Shown here: piece by piece, positions 59,279 to 64,000 of the stretch | Numbering within the stretch: the stretch's first letter is position 1 | Layout of the letters: each line of letters starts with the position of its first letter | From: Thermoanaerobaculia bacterium | GTDB taxonomy: Bacteria > Acidobacteriota > Thermoanaerobaculia > Multivoradales > Multivoraceae | DNA: 64,000 bases | NCBI GenBank assembly: GCA_963666565.1 | Contig: OY762911.1 | Coordinates: forward strand, 3,872,001-3,936,000 | Direction of reading: 5' to 3' | Notes under the pieces: model-generated | The model's input: the letters and a program-made list of their open reading frames with translations, nothing else | What the model was told of the DNA's origin: nothing | Database searches by the model: none | Translations under genes and position numbers: made by a program

Positions 59279-60040
59279 CTACAGGCTCCAGCCGCCGTCC
59301 ACCGTCACCGTGTGGCCGGTGACGAACACGTTGCGCTCGATCAGGGCGAGGATCGCGTCGGCGCAGGTTTCGGGAGTCGCCACGCCCTTGAGTGGCGCGC
59401 CCGCGCTGACGCGCTGCTGGGCCTTGTCGTAGGTCTCGTCGCCGAGTCCGCCGCGCAGCCAACGCCCCTCGATGAAGCCGGGAGCGATCGTGTTGACCCG
59501 GATCTCCGGGCCGAGCACGCGCGCCAGCGACTTCGTCATCACGATGACCGCGGCCTTGGACGCGGCGTACGGGATGCTGCTGCCCCCGCCGCCGATCCCG
59601 GCGATCGAAGCGACGTTGACCACTGCCCCCTCTCCTGCGGCCTTCATGTGCGGGGCGGCCGCGCGCGTGCAGTTGAAGACGCCGCGCAGGTTGGCGCCGA
59701 GGATGTCGTCCCAGACCTCGTCGGTCACGCCCTCCAGGTCGTCATGCGCGATGAAGTGCGTCATCCCCGCGTTGTTCACGAGGATGTGCAGCGCACCGAA
59801 CGCATCGACGGCCGACGCGATGAGGCGCCGGCAGTCGGCGTCCTCGCGCATGTCGGCCTGGACGGCGACGGCACTGCCGCCGCGGTCCCGAATGCCGGAG
59901 ACGATCCGCTCGGCGGCATCGGCGCCGCTGTGGTAGTTGACGACGACCGACGCGCCCAGACTCGCCAGCAGTTCGGCCGTCGCCTCGCCGACGCCCGACG
60001 AGGAACCGGTGACGACGGCGACCTTGCCTTCGATCTCCAT
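59279..60040 (-). CDS. SDR family oxidoreductase
   Basis: TGSSSGVG, NNAG, YAASK, VDGG. Confidence 0.95.
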   Translation of the reverse strand: MEIEGKVAVVTGSSSGVGEATAELLASLGASVVVNYHSGADAAERIVSGIRDRGGSAVAVQADMREDADCRRLIASAVDAFGALHILVNNAGMTHFIAHDDLEGVTDEVWDDILGANLRGVFNCTRAAAPHMKAAGEGAVVNVASIAGIGGGGSSIPYAASKAAVIVMTKSLARVLGPEIRVNTIAPGFIEGRWLRGGLGDETYDKAQQRVSAGAPLKGVATPETCADAILALIERNVFVTGHTVTVDGGWSL

Positions 60041-60104
60041 GACGCGTCCCGGACGGTCAGCCGAACGCGCCTCGGGCGCACCGCTTCGCGGCCTCGCACT
60101 CGAT

Positions 60105-60128
60105 GCCGGCCAGATGGCCGGCGCACCG
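60105..60128 (+). repeat. REP-like hairpin, family B variant
   Basis: GCCGGCC-AGAT-GGCCGGC-GCACCG. Confidence 0.7.
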
Positions 60129-60149
60129 ACACCCTGTGCCGCGCACTGC

Positions 60150-60941
60150 CTACCGGCCCTTCCAGTTCGGCGGCCGCTTCTCGGCGAACGCCTTCGGGCC
60201 CTCGATCAGGTCCTCCGACTGGTTCATCTGCGCCGTCCACGGGAAGATCGAACCTGCGGCCTGCTCGAGCGCCATGCCGAGGCCCTTGTTCGCCGCCTCC
60301 TTGCTGGCGCGCACCGACAGCGGCGCGCACTCCAGGATCTGCGCCGCCCAGGCCCGGGCCCGGTCGAGCAGTTCCTCGTGGGCGCAGATCTCGTTGACGA
60401 TCCCGAGTTCCTTCGCTTCCTGCGGCGTGATGTGCCGGCCGGTCAGCAGCATGCCCATCGCCTGGTGGTAGGGGATCTGCCGCGGCAGGCGGTGAACGCC
60501 CAGGGCGCCCGCCATCAGCCCGACCCGCGGCTCGGGCAGCCCGAAGGTGGCCTTCTCGGAGGCGACGATGATGTCGCAGGCGAGGACCAGCTCGAAGCCG
60601 CCGCCGAGGGCGAAGCCGTTGACCGCCGCGATCATCGGCTTGTGCAGGTCGAAGCGGGCCGTGATGCCGCCGAAACCGCCGCGCACGCCCTTCATCCCGG
60701 CCCGCACGACCTTGCTGCCGTGCTCGGCCTGGTACTTCAGATCGTTGCCGGCCGAGAACGCGCGGTCGCCCGCGCCGGTGAGGATCGCGACCCAGGCTTC
60801 GTCGTCGGCCGCGAAGTCGTTGAACACCGAGTCGAGCTCCTGGCTCGTCGGCGGGTGAATCGCGTTCATGCGTTCCGGCCGGTTGAGGGTCACTTCCCAG
60901 ACGTGGTCCTTCTTCTCGACCTGGAGAAACTCGTAGCTCAC
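60150..60941 (-). CDS. Enoyl-CoA hydratase (CaiD-like)
   Basis: NRPERMNA, FSAGNDLK, KPMIAAVNGFALGGGFE, FGLPEPRVG. Confidence 0.93.
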   Translation of the reverse strand: MSYEFLQVEKKDHVWEVTLNRPERMNAIHPPTSQELDSVFNDFAADDEAWVAILTGAGDRAFSAGNDLKYQAEHGSKVVRAGMKGVRGGFGGITARFDLHKPMIAAVNGFALGGGFELVLACDIIVASEKATFGLPEPRVGLMAGALGVHRLPRQIPYHQAMGMLLTGRHITPQEAKELGIVNEICAHEELLDRARAWAAQILECAPLSVRASKEAANKGLGMALEQAAGSIFPWTAQMNQSEDLIEGPKAFAEKRPPNWKGR

Positions 60942-61130
60942 TTGCCTGCTCCTGTTCGCTTGCGGGGCCGTTTCACGGCCGTTTCATGGAAGGCCGCGAG
61001 AGTAGCAGCAGCCCCGTGCGGCCGAGACCGAACCGGATGCGCGGGCGCCCTTGCCGGCTTGCGGGTTGCGGCGGCGCCTGACCGCCAGCTTGGCCGGAAC
61101 CTGGCGCCAGTTGTTACCGTTCCACCCGAC

Positions 61131-62183
61131 GTGACGCTCCTGCCCCTCCCCACCGGCCCCGGCCCGGACGCCGCTCCGTACCGGAGCGGCGACTGGTCGT
61201 ACGACCCCGACCCGAACCGGGTCGCGGCCGCCGCCGCCGAATGGCGCAGCCTCCACGACCTCGCTCCCGCCGCGGCCGACGAGGCGCGCCGCGTCCTCCT
61301 CCTGATCGACGAGCAGCGGGACTTCTGCCTGCCCGAGGGCGCCCTCTACGTCGGCGGCCGCTCGGGCCGAGGCGCGGTCGAGGACACCGACCGCGTCGTC
61401 CGCTTCATCTACCGCAACCTGGGCAACCTGACCGAGATCGCCTCCAGCCTCGACAGCCACCTGCCCCAGCAGATCTTCTTCTCCTCGTTCTGGGTCGACG
61501 CCTCCGGCAACCAGCTCGACAGCTACCGCGAAGTGCTCGCATCCGAAGTCGAAGCGGGCAAGGCCCTCCCCGACCCCGCCCTGGCAGTCCGGTTCGGCGA
61601 CGGCAGCCACGGCTGGCTCAGGCGCCAGGCCCTGGACTATTGCCGGCGGCTCGAGGCGACCGGCCGCTACCGCCTCTACCTGTGGCCGCCCCATTGCTTC
61701 CTCGGCAGCGAGGGCCACGCCCTGGTCGGCGCGATCCAGGAGGCCCGGCTGTTCTTCAGCTACGCCCGCGGCGCAGAGACGCCAATGTTCATCAAGGGCA
61801 CGAACCCCCTGTCGGAGCACTACTCCGTGCTCGCGCCCGAAGTGCTGGTCCGGCACGACGGCGAAGAACTCGACCGGCGCAACGAGGCGCTGATCGACCG
61901 GCTGCTCGAAGCCGATGCCCTGATCGTCGCCGGCCAGGCCGCCAGCCACTGCGTCCGCAGCACGGTGGACGACCTGCTCGCCGAGATGACGTCCCGCGGC
62001 GTTCCCCCAGGCAAGATGCACATCCTCGCCGACTGCATGTCGGCGGTCGCCGTGCCCGATCCGGCCACGCCCGGCGGGTTCGTCGCCGACTTCACACCCG
62101 AGGTCGAGGCCTCGATGAAGCGCTGGCAGGAAGCCGGCGTCCACATCGCAACCTCCGAAGACGACGCCTCAAACTGGGGCTGA
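61131..62183 (+). CDS. Nicotinamidase/isochorismatase family cysteine hydrolase
   Basis: IDEQRDFC, LDSH, WPPHC, IKG, GQAASHCV catalytic and metal motifs. Start is approximate. Confidence 0.82.
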   Translation: MTLLPLPTGPGPDAAPYRSGDWSYDPDPNRVAAAAAEWRSLHDLAPAAADEARRVLLLIDEQRDFCLPEGALYVGGRSGRGAVEDTDRVVRFIYRNLGNLTEIASSLDSHLPQQIFFSSFWVDASGNQLDSYREVLASEVEAGKALPDPALAVRFGDGSHGWLRRQALDYCRRLEATGRYRLYLWPPHCFLGSEGHALVGAIQEARLFFSYARGAETPMFIKGTNPLSEHYSVLAPEVLVRHDGEELDRRNEALIDRLLEADALIVAGQAASHCVRSTVDDLLAEMTSRGVPPGKMHILADCMSAVAVPDPATPGGFVADFTPEVEASMKRWQEAGVHIATSEDDASNWG

Positions 62184-62254
62184 GCCCAAGGCAGGCGGAC
62201 GCCGGTCTTTGGCCCCTTTCATCCGAGCTCCGCCGTCCGCTACGCCGCCCGCGG

Positions 62255-62278
62255 GCGGGTCAGAAGACCCGCGCACCC
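62255..62278 (+). repeat. REP-like hairpin, family A
   Basis: GCGGGTCAGAAGACCCGCGCACCC. Confidence 0.85.
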
Positions 62279-62310
62279 AGCAGAGTCCGGACAGAGGCCG
62301 ACGCCGTCCA

Positions 62311-62472
62311 GCTTGTCCGGGGGCCTGTGGGGAGGCGCCCAGCGGACTCGAAGCGAGCGACGGCCACCGACCTCTCGGCAACCGACGACCTGCCGGAGCG
62401 AGCGCCCACCTTCCCTGTCCCGAGAGAGCGCGAGCGTACGCTGGGCGCCTCCCCACAGGCACCCGGACAAGC
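62311..62472. repeat. 162-bp element with 34-bp terminal inverted repeats (MITE/REPIN-like)
   Basis: Arms 62311-62344 and 62439-62472 match 33/34 as reverse complements. Confidence 0.8.
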
Positions 62473-62495
62473 GGGTGCCCCATCGCCGCCGTCGC

Positions 62496-64000
62496 CTACG
62501 GCACGTTGCGCCGCAGTTCCTCGACCCATACAGCCGGTCCGCCGTCGGACGGCGCCCGCCAGTCGCCGCGGGGCGACAGCGATCCGCCCGAGCCCACCTT
62601 GGGGCCGTTCGGCAGCGCCGAGCGCTTGAACTGGCTGGTGCCGAAGAACCGGACCAGGAACACCTCCAGCCAGCGCTTGATCTCGTCCAGCGAGTACTCC
62701 CGGCGGTCGGCTTCGGGCATCGTGTCGAGCCAGGCGCCGCGGTTCCGGTCGCCCCAGGCCTGGTGGGCAAGGTAGGCGACCCGGCTCGGCCGGTAGCCGT
62801 ACCTGCTCAGATAGTAGAGGTGGAAGTCCTGCAGCTCGAACGGCCCGATCGCCTCCTCGGTCGACTGCGCCGGCTCGCCGTTGCCGTCCTCCCCGCCCTC
62901 CTCCGGCGGCACCAGCTCCGGCGAAATCTCCGTGTCGACGATCGACTGCAACGTCTCGCTGGCCGCGGCGCCGAACTCTCCGCGCTCGATCTCCCAGCGG
63001 ATCAGGTGCTGGATGAGGGTCTTCGGGACCGACGAGTTCACGCTGTAGTGGGCCATCTGGTCGCCGACGCCGTAGGTACACCAGCCCAGCGCCAGTTCCG
63101 ACAGGTCGCCGGTGCCGATGACCAACCCCCGGTGGAGATTCGCGAGCCGGAAGAGGTGGGCCGTGCGTTCGCCGGCCTGTACGTTCTCGAAGGTCGAGTC
63201 GTAGGCCCCGCCGCCGCGCTCGCCGCGCCCGTACGGATGGTCGATCGCCTTCAGCATCTCCTCGCTCGGCGGCCGGATGTCGATCTCGGCCGCGGTCACG
63301 CCGAGCGCCGCCATCAGCCGTTTCGCGTTCTCGTACGTTCGCGTCGAGGTGCCGAAGCCCGGCAGCGTCCAGGCGAGGATGTTCGACGCCGGCAGGTCCA
63401 GCCGCGCGAAGGCCCGCACGCAGACGATCAGGGCGTGGCTCGAGTCGAGCCCGCCGGAGACGCCGATGACGACCTTCTTGAGGCCGGTGGCCCGCAGCCG
63501 CTGGACGAGACCCGAGACCTGGATGTCGAACGCCTCGGCGCAGCGTTCGTCCCGCTCGGCGCTGTCCGCCGGCACGTACGGGAAGCGCGGGATCTCGCGG
63601 CGGAGCGCCACCGCGGCCGGGGGCCGCTCCACCGTCACCGGAATCTGCCGGAACTCGCCCGCCCAGGACTCCCGGCGTCTCGCGTCCCGGAACGTCGACA
63701 TCCGGATCCGCTCCTGGCGCAGCCGCTCCAGGTCGATGTCGGCCGCGATCGTCTGCGGCTCCAGGCTGAAGCGCTCCGACTCCGCCAGCCGTTCCCCGTT
63801 CTCGCAGATCAGGCCGTGGCTGTCCCAGGCCAGGTCGGTCGTCGACTCCCCGGCGCCCGCTCCGGCGTAGACGTAGGCGGCGATCGACCGGCCCGACTGC
63901 GACGCGCACAGGAGCCGCCGGTAGTCCGCCTTGCCGATCGTCACGTTGCTCGCCGACAGGTTGAACAGCACGGACGCTCCGGCGAGCGCGCCGCGCGTGC
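62496..64000 (-). CDS. nadE: Glutamine-dependent NAD+ synthetase (5' part outside window)
   Basis: [51 protein letters not shown]. Confidence 0.96.
   Translation of the reverse strand, partial: TRGALAGASVLFNLSASNVTIGKADYRRLLCASQSGRSIAAYVYAGAGAGESTTDLAWDSHGLICENGERLAESERFSLEPQTIAADIDLERLRQERIRMSTFRDARRRESWAGEFRQIPVTVERPPAAVALRREIPRFPYVPADSAERDERCAEAFDIQVSGLVQRLRATGLKKVVIGVSGGLDSSHALIVCVRAFARLDLPASNILAWTLPGFGTSTRTYENAKRLMAALGVTAAEIDIRPPSEEMLKAIDHPYGRGERGGGAYDSTFENVQAGERTAHLFRLANLHRGLVIGTGDLSELALGWCTYGVGDQMAHYSVNSSVPKTLIQHLIRWEIERGEFGAAASETLQSIVDTEISPELVPPEEGGEDGNGEPAQSTEEAIGPFELQDFHLYYLSRYGYRPSRVAYLAHQAWGDRNRGAWLDTMPEADRREYSLDEIKRWLEVFLVRFFGTSQFKRSALPNGPKVGSGGSLSPRGDWRAPSDGGPAVWVEELRRNVP

Noticed and set aside
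61131-64000. Nicotinamidase-like gene plus nadE as an NAD-restoring anti-defence system
   Set aside because: The genes are convergent, look like ordinary chromosomal metabolism and have no phage context.

Overview
Very GC-rich, gene-dense bacterial chromosomal segment. The gene set and secreted-protein families suggest Acidobacteriota, but that is inference. It holds about 55 real CDS; most long ORFs in the supplied track are antisense or off-frame shadows. Housekeeping and metabolic genes include a peptide ABC ATPase, YfcC, inositol oxygenase, msrB, a carboxylesterase, DEAD helicases, glpF-glpK, ppk1, trmJ, nth, tonB, NSAR/menC and nadE. Two small defence islets are present: Fic plus a frameshifted MmeI-like type IIL enzyme plus a DUF2335/Panacea-like pair, and a VapBC45-like pair plus Mrr. 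Highlights: (1) an operon of two AlkP/NPP paralogues with apparently opposite membrane topology, a 64-aa protein ending in RLRGLGYIS, a DUF106/EMC3-like membrane protein and a GT2, with a divergent sulfotransferase, a candidate trans-membrane sulfo/phospho-transfer system; (2) a PrdB/GrdB-like selenoprotein (in-frame UGA in UxxC followed by a SECIS-like hairpin) that the ORF track splits in two; (3) a GriC/GriD-like carboxylate reductase pair flanking a Rieske plus PQQ dehydrogenase unit; (4) a covarying REP hairpin family, some copies translated in frame; (5) an 8-box array upstream of fic; (6) many apparently leaderless genes. No rRNA, tRNA, CRISPR array, transposase or integrase was recognised.
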